Assembly (NCBI GenBank): GCA_002419295.1
Contig: DIFW01000034.1
Span: 8,098-72,097, forward strand
Origin: Patescibacteria group bacterium UBA5738
GTDB lineage: Bacteria; Patescibacteriota; Minisyncoccia; Minisyncoccales; UBA5738
Length of the DNA stretch: 64,000 nucleotides
Direction: 5' to 3'
Positions 26,016 through 33,842 of this stretch are shown piece after piece. The number at the start of each line of letters is the position of its first letter. The stretch's first letter is position 1. The notes under the pieces are model-generated. The model saw only the letters and a program-made list of their open reading frames with translations, searched no databases and was not told the origin of the DNA. The translations under genes were made by a program, and so were the position numbers.

Positions 26016-27161
26016 ATGATCTATTTTAACAAAAATATGGAAAATAATACAAACGCAGGGGGCAAGAAAATTCGGTTGGCGATTGCCGGCATCGGTAATT
26101 GCTGTTCCAGTTTGGTGCAGGGAATAAACTATTACAAATATATCGGCAAGGACGATGAAACGGTGCCGGGGTTGATGCATAATGTGGTCGGCGACTACGC
26201 GCCGCGCGATATTGAAGTTGTCGCGGCGTTTGATATTGATCGGCGCAAAGTCGGCAAGGATATTTCGCGGGCAATTTTTGAAAAGCCCAATTGCACCAAA
26301 ATTTTTTGCAAAGATATTCCCGAGACCGGAGTTAGGGTCCAAATGGCGCCAGTGATGGACGGCGTGGCGGATCATATGAAAGATTATCCCGAAGACCAGT
26401 CGTTCGCGGTTGCCGACCAAAATCCAGTTGATGTTGCCGGAGAATTGAAAAAAGCCAAAGCTGATGTTTTGGTGAGTTATATGCCGGTGGGTTCGCAAAA
26501 AGCCGCCGAATATTACGCGCAGGCCGCGTTGGACGCCAACTGCGGATTTGTGAATTGCATGCCGATATTTATCGTTTCCGATGAAGCTTGGGGCGACAAA
26601 TTCAAGCGGAAAAATATTCCTTGCATCGGCGACGATATCAAATCGCAAATCGGCGCCACGATTGTGCATCGCACTCTGAGCAAATTATTCGCTAATCGCG
26701 GCGTGATTGTTGATCGCTCTTACCAGTTGAATTTCGGCGGCAACACCGACTTTTTGAATATGCTTTCCCGCGATCGGTTAAAATCCAAAAAAATTTCAAA
26801 AACCGAAAGCGTGGAATCACAACTGGGCAAAAGATTAAGTTATGATAATTTGCATATTGGACCGTCGGATTGGGTGCCGTTCTTGCAGGACAATAAAATT
26901 TGTTATATCAGAATGGAGGGCAGGAAATTCGGCGATGTCGCGATCAATCTTGAACTGCGCTTGAGTGTTGAAGATTCGCCCAATTCCGCGGGAGTGGTGA
27001 TTGACGCTCTGCGCATGGTAAAATTGGCGAAAGACCGGGGTATCGGCGGTCCGCTCACAAGCCCCTCGTCATATTTTATGAAACATCCTCCGGTTCAATA
27101 CACCGATTCCCAAGCCTATGAAATGGTGGAGGAATTTATCGCGGGAAAGCGCGATTGCTAA
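26016..27161 (+). CDS. ino1: myo-Inositol-1-phosphate synthase (inositol-3-phosphate synthase)
   Basis: IRLAIAGIGNCCSSLVQGINYYK (Rossmann/GNCxSSLVQG), SYMPVGS, GDDIKSQIGAT. An alternative start is ATG 26037. Confidence 0.8.
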   Translation: MIYFNKNMENNTNAGGKKIRLAIAGIGNCCSSLVQGINYYKYIGKDDETVPGLMHNVVGDYAPRDIEVVAAFDIDRRKVGKDISRAIFEKPNCTKIFCKDIPETGVRVQMAPVMDGVADHMKDYPEDQSFAVADQNPVDVAGELKKAKADVLVSYMPVGSQKAAEYYAQAALDANCGFVNCMPIFIVSDEAWGDKFKRKNIPCIGDDIKSQIGATIVHRTLSKLFANRGVIVDRSYQLNFGGNTDFLNMLSRDRLKSKKISKTESVESQLGKRLSYDNLHIGPSDWVPFLQDNKICYIRMEGRKFGDVAINLELRLSVEDSPNSAGVVIDALRMVKLAKDRGIGGPLTSPSSYFMKHPPVQYTDSQAYEMVEEFIAGKRDC

Positions 27162-27202
27162 CAACTCACGATTTATGATTTATGAAATAAGATTTATGAA
27201 TT

Positions 27203-27244
27203 TAAATCTTAAATCTTAAATCTTAAATCTTTAATCTTAAATCA
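27203..27244 (+). repeat. Tandem heptamer (TAAATCT)x4 exact plus two degenerate units
   Basis: Read directly; lies between ino1 and the CDP-alcohol transferase gene. Confidence 0.9.
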
Positions 27245-27247
27245 CCG

Positions 27248-27838
27248 ATGCTTGATTCGCACAGATATTTATTTAAGGGTTTGGAAAACAGAGTTGCCGG
27301 TATTTTTGCTCGCTTGCCCTTCACTCCTAACCAATACACGGCCTGCTCCGTTGCCGCCGCTTTTGCGGCGCTTTGTTTTTTGATCATCGGCGGTTATTGG
27401 GTCGCGCTGGCGCTCTTTGCCGTTGCCGCCGCGCTTGATTTTATTGATGGCACTGTGGCGCGCGCGAAAAATTTGGCCAACAAAAAGGGGGCCTACTGGG
27501 ATACGATTGCCGATCGCTATGTGGAAGCGATAATGCTTTTCGGATTTTTGTTTGTTGAATTGCCCGTTTTTTTAATGCCGGCGCCGGCGTGGATATTTTT
27601 AGTTCTTTTCGGGTCGACGATGACCACCTATGCCAAAGCCGCCGCGAAAGAAAAAGAATTGTCGGAAACGGAATTAAAAGGGGGGTTGATGTCGCGCGGC
27701 GAGCGTTTGCTGTTTTTTTTCGGGATTATCGTTTTGTTTTCAATCAATTTACAGTGGGCTACCGCCGCTATCGCGGTTTTTGCCATGCTTGCCAACATTA
27801 CTGCTTGCCAAAGAATATCAATGGCTTTGCGAAGATAA
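27248..27838 (+). CDS. CDP-alcohol phosphatidyltransferase family protein (small, archaeal AIP-synthase-like / PIP-synthase-like)
   Basis: Exact family motif D-x2-D-G-x2-A-R-x8-G-x3-D-x3-D in DFIDGTVARAKNLANKKGAYWDTIADR; 196 aa, multi-TM. Confidence 0.8.
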   Translation: MLDSHRYLFKGLENRVAGIFARLPFTPNQYTACSVAAAFAALCFLIIGGYWVALALFAVAAALDFIDGTVARAKNLANKKGAYWDTIADRYVEAIMLFGFLFVELPVFLMPAPAWIFLVLFGSTMTTYAKAAAKEKELSETELKGGLMSRGERLLFFFGIIVLFSINLQWATAAIAVFAMLANITACQRISMALRR

Positions 27839-27854
27839 TCTGCCGTAATTTTTT

Positions 27855-27884
27855 AAAAAAAGGCTCTTTTCAGAGCCTTTTTTA
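27855..27884. terminator. Bidirectional intrinsic terminator
   Basis: AAAAAAAGGCTCT-tttc-AGAGCCTTTTTT. Confidence 0.8.
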
Positions 27885-27920
27885 AAATCAAATTGTTGCA
27901 AATAATTTATGCGGTTGCCG

Positions 27921-28436
27921 CTAATTTTCCGCCGCCGGCAAAAAATTTATTTTCCTTGCCGTGAATTCATTGCCGGTGCCAATTTGTCCGGCGCTTTCAA
28001 TGATGGCAATATCGCCGATATTAACATCGGCGGTATTTGCCAGAATTGTGCTTTCATCGTCGATCGTTTTTTGTTTGTTTAAGGATGTGCTTTCGTCGAT
28101 GCGCACAATGTAATCGTAATCTTCTCCATCCGTCTTCATATCCATATTTATAAATATGGCCTTTTCCTCGATTTTAACTATTGTTCCGGTAATTGCCACC
28201 GAATCATCGGGTTTAATAATTTCCTCGACGGGTTTCGTGGAATTGTCCGCGGCAATTTGTTTACCATTCTCGATAATTTTTTCGGCCAGTGTTGCGTCTA
28301 AATATATTATTTTTTCTAATTGGCCGACTCTTTTATCGATGTTGGCGAGATAACCGACAATGGCTACGGCCACAACAACAATTATCATTGCCAGAATAAT
28401 TATTGAAACCAGCCCTCTCGAATTTTGGTAGTTCAT
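27921..28436 (-). CDS. Membrane-anchored extracytoplasmic protein, unknown function
   Basis: 171 aa; N-terminal TM (LVSIIILAMIIVVVAVAIVGYL), acidic soluble domain. Confidence 0.55.
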   Translation of the reverse strand: MNYQNSRGLVSIIILAMIIVVVAVAIVGYLANIDKRVGQLEKIIYLDATLAEKIIENGKQIAADNSTKPVEEIIKPDDSVAITGTIVKIEEKAIFINMDMKTDGEDYDYIVRIDESTSLNKQKTIDDESTILANTADVNIGDIAIIESAGQIGTGNEFTARKINFLPAAEN

Positions 28437-28525
28437 TTTTTATGTTTGTTATTTCCGCTTTTTGCGGTATTACTTTTTCATTTTACAAACTTTTAAAAAT
28501 TTAAGCAAATTGGATGTGCGACTAA

Positions 28526-29926
28526 TTATATGCCGTAATAAAGTTCAAATTCCGCGGGCGTTGGCCGCAAGCGGCAAAAATCGCATTCGGCGGTTTTCTT
28601 ATAAGCGATCCAATCATTGATCAGCGATTCGCCAAAAACGCCGCCGCCAAGCAGATATTGGTAGTCGGTTTTCAACGCCGCCAATGATTCTTCCAGCGAT
28701 GCCGGTACTTGAGTGATGCCGTTGCCGTTTTTATAAATATTGCCATTGGCCGGATCTCCCGGTTCAATTTTATTCTTGATACCGTCAATGCCGGCCATCA
28801 GCATTGTCGAAAATGCCAAATATGGATTGCAGGAAGCGTCCGGCGGACGGAATTCAATTCTTTTTGCCGCTGGCGAATTATTGTACATCGGTACCCGGAT
28901 TGCCGCCGAGCGATTGCGCGCCGAGTAGGCAAGATTTGTCGGCGCTTCAAAACCGGGCACCAATCGCTTGTAAGAATTTGTTGTCGGCGCGCAAAACGCC
29001 ATCAGCGATCTTCCGTGTGCCAACAATCCGCCGACAAACCAAAGCGCAGTTTGACTCAAACCGGCATAGCCGTTGGCGTCAAAAAATAAAGCTTTAGAAT
29101 CTTTCCATAAAGAAATATGGGTGTGCATTCCCGAACCATTGTCGCCAAACAAGGGTTTGGGCATAAATGTGGCGGTTTTTCCGGCACGCCGGGCGACATT
29201 TTTTACTGCGTATTTGAACAACATTATTTTATCGGCTTGCGACAGCAAGGAATCGTATTTTATATCGATTTCAGCCTGTCCCGCGGTAGCGACTTCATGG
29301 TGTTCCTTTTCAACTTGAACGCCCAAGCGTTTCAGCTCCGCGACCATATCGCGGCGAATATCCGCGGTTTGATCGGTTGGCGACATCGGGAAATAACCTT
29401 CTTTGTTGCGAATTTTATACCCCGAGCCGTCGCTTTCGCCATTATCGCTCCAGTTGGCTTCACCGGATTCGACCCGCTGAAAGGCGCGATTTTGGCCGTT
29501 GGCAAATTCAACCCGGTCGAAAATAAAAAATTCCGGCTCCGGTCCAAAATAAGCGGCATCGGCAATGCCGGTTTTTTCCAAATACGCTTCAGCTTTTTGC
29601 GCGACGAATCGCGCGTCGTTGGCGAATCGCTCTTTTGTTTCGGGTTCGTGAATATTGCAAATCAAACTGCCTGCCGGTTCTTTGCCAAAACGGTCAATGA
29701 CAAATGTTTTGCCGTCGGGAATCAAAATCATGTCGCTTTCTTCAATATTCTTAAAACCGCGGATCGAGGATCCGTCAAAGCCGATGCCATCGATAAAAAT
29801 TTTTTCATCAAATTGTTTGATAGGCACGGTAAAGTGTTGCCACGCGCCGGGGAGATCGCAAAACTTTAAATCAATTATCTTAACGCCGTTTTTTTCGCAT
29901 TTTTCAATGATTTCTTTATAGTCCAT
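28526..29926 (-). CDS. glnA: Glutamine synthetase type I
   Basis: FGPEPEFFIF, NGSGMHTHISL, NSYKRLVPGFEAP, RIEFRPPDASCNPYLA. Start moved to ATG 29926 (MDYKEII). Confidence 0.93.
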   Translation of the reverse strand: MDYKEIIEKCEKNGVKIIDLKFCDLPGAWQHFTVPIKQFDEKIFIDGIGFDGSSIRGFKNIEESDMILIPDGKTFVIDRFGKEPAGSLICNIHEPETKERFANDARFVAQKAEAYLEKTGIADAAYFGPEPEFFIFDRVEFANGQNRAFQRVESGEANWSDNGESDGSGYKIRNKEGYFPMSPTDQTADIRRDMVAELKRLGVQVEKEHHEVATAGQAEIDIKYDSLLSQADKIMLFKYAVKNVARRAGKTATFMPKPLFGDNGSGMHTHISLWKDSKALFFDANGYAGLSQTALWFVGGLLAHGRSLMAFCAPTTNSYKRLVPGFEAPTNLAYSARNRSAAIRVPMYNNSPAAKRIEFRPPDASCNPYLAFSTMLMAGIDGIKNKIEPGDPANGNIYKNGNGITQVPASLEESLAALKTDYQYLLGGGVFGESLINDWIAYKKTAECDFCRLRPTPAEFELYYGI

Positions 29927-29939
29927 AATTTGTATCGTT

Positions 29940-29971
29940 AAAAACAAAAAGTCACCCAATTTCTTGGTGAC
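29940..29971 (-). terminator. Intrinsic terminator inside the glnA leader (attenuator)
   Basis: Minus strand GUCACC-aagaaauug-GGUGAC followed by UUUUUGUUUUU, ending 13 nt before the glnA AUG. Confidence 0.7.
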
Positions 29972-30003
29972 ACCGCTGTCGTTTGCGGCACGCCATTGTG
30001 CCG
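29969..30003 (-). promoter_or_regulatory. ANTAR-type dual hexaloop RNA target
   Basis: P1 is CGGCAC-AAUGGC-GUGCCG (30003-29986). P2 is GAC-AGCGGU-GUC (29980-29969). Both loops are 6 nt with A at position 1 and G at position 4. The P2 3' arm is the 5' arm of the terminator. Confidence 0.6.
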
Positions 30004-30012
30004 TATGCCGAT

Positions 30013-30041
30013 ATCATATTAAAAAATTGCGGTAAGGTCAA
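30013..30041 (-). promoter_or_regulatory. glnA promoter
   Basis: Minus strand TTGACC (30041-30036), 17-nt spacer, TATGAT (30018-30013). The predicted start lies just upstream of P1. Confidence 0.6.
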
Positions 30042-30116
30042 GCGGTTTGAAACAATTACCGAAATCCCATTAGAACTCGCGAAAAACGAAAACGCACATT
30101 TTTTTTGGGGGGGCGG

Positions 30117-30836
30117 CTACCTCTTAAATTCCGAAGAAATTATTATCGCGTTGGCAATTTCTTTCATACCCATGCGTTTGTCCATTGATTTTTTATGCAG
30201 TAATTTATAGGCGTCGTTTTCGCTAATTGAAAATTCTTTCATTAGGATTCCTTTGGCCTTTTCAATCATTTTGCGGGTTTCCAGCGCGGCTTTGAGTGCT
30301 TCTTTTTCGGAAAAAAGGAGGGCGTTTTCAATCGCGCCGCCAACGGCTTTGGCGACCAGCTCAAACAATGCCACTTCGGTTTTGGAGTAGACGCGCGGTT
30401 TGGAGTGTTGCACATTAATCACTCCCGAAATTTTGTCGCGGTAAACGATGGGCACTGATAAAAAACCTTCAAACTTATCTTCGGGAAGACTATTAACAAA
30501 CTTAAACCGGCCATCATTATAAGCCTCTTTGGCAATAGCGACAGTTTCTTTGTTTTTTGCCACCCAGCCGGTGATACCTTCACTTAATTTCAATTTAATA
30601 TTGCCGATTTCCAACGGTTTTGGGTTTAGCGAGGCGCGCAGAATCAGATTGTTGCCGTCTATCAAATAAAGAAAGCAGGAATCTGCCTTGGTGACGCCGC
30701 TGACAATTTTCACAATACGGTCCAAAACTTCCCTCAAATCCAGGTTATAACTAATGGTCTCGATAATTTCACGCAAAAGCTCCAATTCCTGTTTCTTGTT
30801 TATGCCAGATTTTTGGTTTTGATTTTTTCTTTTCAT
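30117..30836 (-). CDS. GAF-ANTAR RNA-binding antitermination regulator
   Basis: The N-terminal GAF-like domain has LREVLDRIVKIVSGVTKADSCFLYLID...ISGVINVQH. The C-terminal ANTAR domain has ETRKMIEKAKGILMKEFSISENDAYKLLHKKSMDKRMGMKEIANAII. Confidence 0.8.
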   Translation of the reverse strand: MKRKNQNQKSGINKKQELELLREIIETISYNLDLREVLDRIVKIVSGVTKADSCFLYLIDGNNLILRASLNPKPLEIGNIKLKLSEGITGWVAKNKETVAIAKEAYNDGRFKFVNSLPEDKFEGFLSVPIVYRDKISGVINVQHSKPRVYSKTEVALFELVAKAVGGAIENALLFSEKEALKAALETRKMIEKAKGILMKEFSISENDAYKLLHKKSMDKRMGMKEIANAIIISSEFKR

Positions 30837-30844
30837 GGAATTGA

Positions 30845-31432
30845 TTATCGGATTATTTTTGGCGGGGTTTGCGTCAAATCAATAATTACTGATGGTTTTG
30901 ATTGCGGCAGATCGCCGGTATTGACGGCAAGATCGGGGATAATTATTTTGCCATGGAATTGCCGCAAAACTTCGTCAATTTTTCCCGATGCCGCTTGTCC
31001 CGAAATATTGGCGGATGTCGCGCACAAAGGCAAATTCAAGGTTTCCAAAAGCGAGTTGACGAAAGGGCAAAAAGGAATGCGCAGAGCGGCGGTTTCTTCA
31101 TCAACGCCAAACAATTTTTGCGCCTTTTTTCTTTCCATGATAAAAGTAAATTTTCCCGGCCATTTCTCTTCCAAAAATTTTTCCTGATTTGGCGAAATTT
31201 TTACCAGTTTTCTTGCCATAGCCATATTTTTCACGAATATCGGCAGGGGTTTTTCTTTTGAACGATTTTTTATCGCAAAAATTTTTTCAATCGCTTTTTT
31301 GTTGGTGGCATCGGCCAACATTCCATAGACCGTATCGGTTGGGGCGATTATTGCGCCGCCAAGCTGGATTTCGCGAGCGGCGATTTCCACGGCATTTTGA
31401 AAATTTTTTGGCGTTAAGGAAATGATATTCAT
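30845..31432 (-). CDS. tsaC: L-threonylcarbamoyladenylate synthase (TsaC/YrdC/Sua5 family)
   Basis: GGAIIAPTDTVYGMLADATN...IFAIKNRSKEKPLPIFV. Start moved to ATG 31432. Confidence 0.8.
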   Translation of the reverse strand: MNIISLTPKNFQNAVEIAAREIQLGGAIIAPTDTVYGMLADATNKKAIEKIFAIKNRSKEKPLPIFVKNMAMARKLVKISPNQEKFLEEKWPGKFTFIMERKKAQKLFGVDEETAALRIPFCPFVNSLLETLNLPLCATSANISGQAASGKIDEVLRQFHGKIIIPDLAVNTGDLPQSKPSVIIDLTQTPPKIIR

Positions 31433-31436
31433 TTTT

Positions 31437-31745
31437 TCATTTTTGGGTTTGATCTTCAAGGTACTGTTTGATGCGCGCCATTTCATTTTCCACCACCGGA
31501 CCGTCATAATCTCCGGAATGAGCGGTAGCGCCGTCATAAACCGGTTTTTTTTGGTCCAAATGTAAGCTCAAGAACAAATCACCGTTTTCAATTTTTACAA
31601 ACAAATGAAGATGGGGATAGCCTGATTTTGGCCGGGTAAATCCCAACTCTTTCGTTTTTTCATCTTGTCCTTGAAAATGATATCCTAAATCGCGCAATAA
31701 GTTATAGATTGTGTTCTTCAATTTTCCGTTAGTTCTGCTTTTCAT
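31437..31745 (-). CDS. Hypothetical protein (102 aa)
   Basis: The ORF ends 4 nt upstream of the tsaC start on the same strand. No motif recognised. Confidence 0.45.
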   Translation of the reverse strand: MKSRTNGKLKNTIYNLLRDLGYHFQGQDEKTKELGFTRPKSGYPHLHLFVKIENGDLFLSLHLDQKKPVYDGATAHSGDYDGPVVENEMARIKQYLEDQTQK

Positions 31746-31893
31746 ATATATGCGGTCGCCGGTTTATTGGAAACAAATACTATTCGCAGATATATCCATC
31801 AATACAGATGATTCATAAAAATTATCTGTTCCTAATCAGGATTCTACCGCATCTTTCTTTTTTTGCCAAATGGTTTAAAATCATAATCAAACT

Positions 31894-32469
31894 ATGAAAG
31901 ATTTGCATCGCATATTTATTGCCATCAATATTCCCGAGAATTTGCGCCGATATTTATCGGATTTTTCCGGGCGTTGGCCGGATTTGCCCGCCAAATGGAC
32001 AAAATCGGAAAATTTGCATATCACATTAAATTTTTTGGGTAATGCCAATGATGAAGAAATTTGCGAAATCTGCCAAACCGTGATTGAAGTTGCGCGCCGG
32101 CACGATTCTTTTGAAATTACCCTTGACCGGGTTATTTATGGACCCTTGGGGAAGTTGCCGCCTAAAATGATTTGGGCGACGGGGGAAAAATCGCGGGAAA
32201 TCGGCGGTTTGCAAAAAGATTTGGAAAGTTCCCTTTTTGAGTTTTGCGGCGCAAAATACCGTTCCCAAGAGGACTATGGTTTTACTCCTCATATAACTTT
32301 AGCTCGTCTCATCCAAGCGGACTTGCGTCAAATGGAAATTGAAGAAATTCCGAGGGTCAATGAAAAAATCAATAAGATTTTTATGGTGGAATCGATTGAA
32401 ATAATGGAAAGCGAATTAAAGCGCGGCGGCCCGGTTTATACGGTTTTGGAAAGCGCCAATCTCGGTTAA
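31894..32469 (+). CDS. thpR: RNA 2',3'-cyclic phosphodiesterase (2H phosphoesterase, ThpR/LigT family)
   Basis: Two H-x-T-x motifs (LHITLNFLG and PHITLARL) with the expected spacing. Confidence 0.8.
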   Translation: MKDLHRIFIAINIPENLRRYLSDFSGRWPDLPAKWTKSENLHITLNFLGNANDEEICEICQTVIEVARRHDSFEITLDRVIYGPLGKLPPKMIWATGEKSREIGGLQKDLESSLFEFCGAKYRSQEDYGFTPHITLARLIQADLRQMEIEEIPRVNEKINKIFMVESIEIMESELKRGGPVYTVLESANLG

Positions 32470-32513
32470 GAGTAATAATTGATTCTCAAATTTAGTGCTT
32501 ATATTTGGAATTT

Positions 32514-33842
32514 ATGAAAAAAATTTTTTTCATTGGTATCGGGGGTATCGGCATATCGGCGCTGGCGCGGCGTTATTTGGCGCGAGGATGGGAGGTGAGC
32601 GGTTCGGATGCGGCGGCTTCGGAAATCACCCGGTCGTTGCAAAAAGCGGGAATGCGGCTCTTTATCAAAAAAACCGCGGACCTGAAAATTATTGCGCCGG
32701 ATTTGGTGGTTTACAGTTTGGCAGTGATGCGCGATCATCCGGAATTAAAACAAGCGTTGCGTTTGGGCGTGAAAACGATGAGCTATCCCCAAGCGCTGGG
32801 CGAATTGACCAAAAAACACAACACTATTGCCGTTGCCGGCGCGCATGGCAAAAGTACGACTGCGGCGATGATCGGATTGATGCTGGCCGCGGCAAAAATG
32901 GATCCCGTGGTAATTTTGGGCACCAAAGTTAAAGAATTCAAAAATAGCAATTTTCGCGACGGCAAATCCGATTTACTGGTGATTGAAGCTTGCGAATACG
33001 CGCAAGCGTTTTTAAATTACTATCCGCAAATTTCGGTGGTGACCAATATCGAAATGGACCATATTGAATGTTATGAAAATGAAAAAAAGCTGATGGCGGC
33101 GTTTGAAAAGTTTGCCGGCAACATGAAAACCGGCGGCAAATTATTGATTTGCGCCGATGATGCGAATGCCAAAAAGCTGGGCGAAGCCATGCAAAAAAAA
33201 GGGACAAAAGTTTTGTATTATTCGCTTGCGATGCCCGAGGCGAAAATCTTGCGCAAAAATTTGCGCATTCCCGGAGAACATAATGTTGCCAACGCGCTGG
33301 CGGCGCTTACGGTGGGGCGCGCGATAGGGGTCCCCGATGAAATTATCTTTGAATCATTGGCAAGGTATCGCGGATCATGGCGGCGATTTGATTGCCGGCC
33401 GGCAAAAATAGGAGATAAAAAATTTACCGCGGTTTTTGATTATGGCCATCATCCCACGCAGATCAAATTGACCATGGAGGCGGTGCGCGCCAAATGGCCC
33501 AAAAAAAGGATTATTTGTCTATTCCAGCCGCATCAGGCGTGGCGCACTTATCTGCTTTTTGACGATTTTGTGAAAGTTTTCCGAAGCGCGCCGTTGGATG
33601 AAGTTTTTATCACCGATATTTATCAAGTTGCCGGCCGCGAAAACGCAAAGATCGCGAAAAGCGTCAACAGCGAAAAGTTGGTCTTTGAAATTGGCCGTGG
33701 CGAGGTTGAGTATGTTCCCAAAAAACGAATTATCGCAAGATTAAAGCGCGAAATTAAAGGCGGGGAAATCGTTTTGATAATGGGTGCGGGCGATATCTAC
33801 GATCTGTCAAAATATTTGACCAAGCGCGCAAAAAAGATATGA
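32514..33842 (+). CDS. murC: UDP-N-acetylmuramate--L-alanine ligase
   Basis: FFIGIGGIGISALA and GAHGKSTTAAM P-loop with Mur ligase domain order. ATG 32514 is preferred over TTG 32505. Confidence 0.9.
   Translation: MKKIFFIGIGGIGISALARRYLARGWEVSGSDAAASEITRSLQKAGMRLFIKKTADLKIIAPDLVVYSLAVMRDHPELKQALRLGVKTMSYPQALGELTKKHNTIAVAGAHGKSTTAAMIGLMLAAAKMDPVVILGTKVKEFKNSNFRDGKSDLLVIEACEYAQAFLNYYPQISVVTNIEMDHIECYENEKKLMAAFEKFAGNMKTGGKLLICADDANAKKLGEAMQKKGTKVLYYSLAMPEAKILRKNLRIPGEHNVANALAALTVGRAIGVPDEIIFESLARYRGSWRRFDCRPAKIGDKKFTAVFDYGHHPTQIKLTMEAVRAKWPKKRIICLFQPHQAWRTYLLFDDFVKVFRSAPLDEVFITDIYQVAGRENAKIAKSVNSEKLVFEIGRGEVEYVPKKRIIARLKREIKGGEIVLIMGAGDIYDLSKYLTKRAKKI

Noticed and set aside
25968-26669. 233-aa ORF on the minus strand
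   Set aside because: It is entirely antisense to the well-supported ino1 gene. The sequence is His/Arg/Phe-rich and low-complexity, typical of a shadow ORF.
27203-27244. Possible CRISPR-like array (also 6931-6958)
   Set aside because: The units are 7 nt with no spacers. These are microsatellites, not CRISPR, and no cas genes are present in the window.
29117-29869. 250-aa plus-strand ORF
   Set aside because: It is antisense to glnA, which has unambiguous GS motifs.
32495-32932. 145-aa Gly/Arg-rich ORF
   Set aside because: It is an alternative frame of the murC 5' region, and murC motifs clearly define the real frame.
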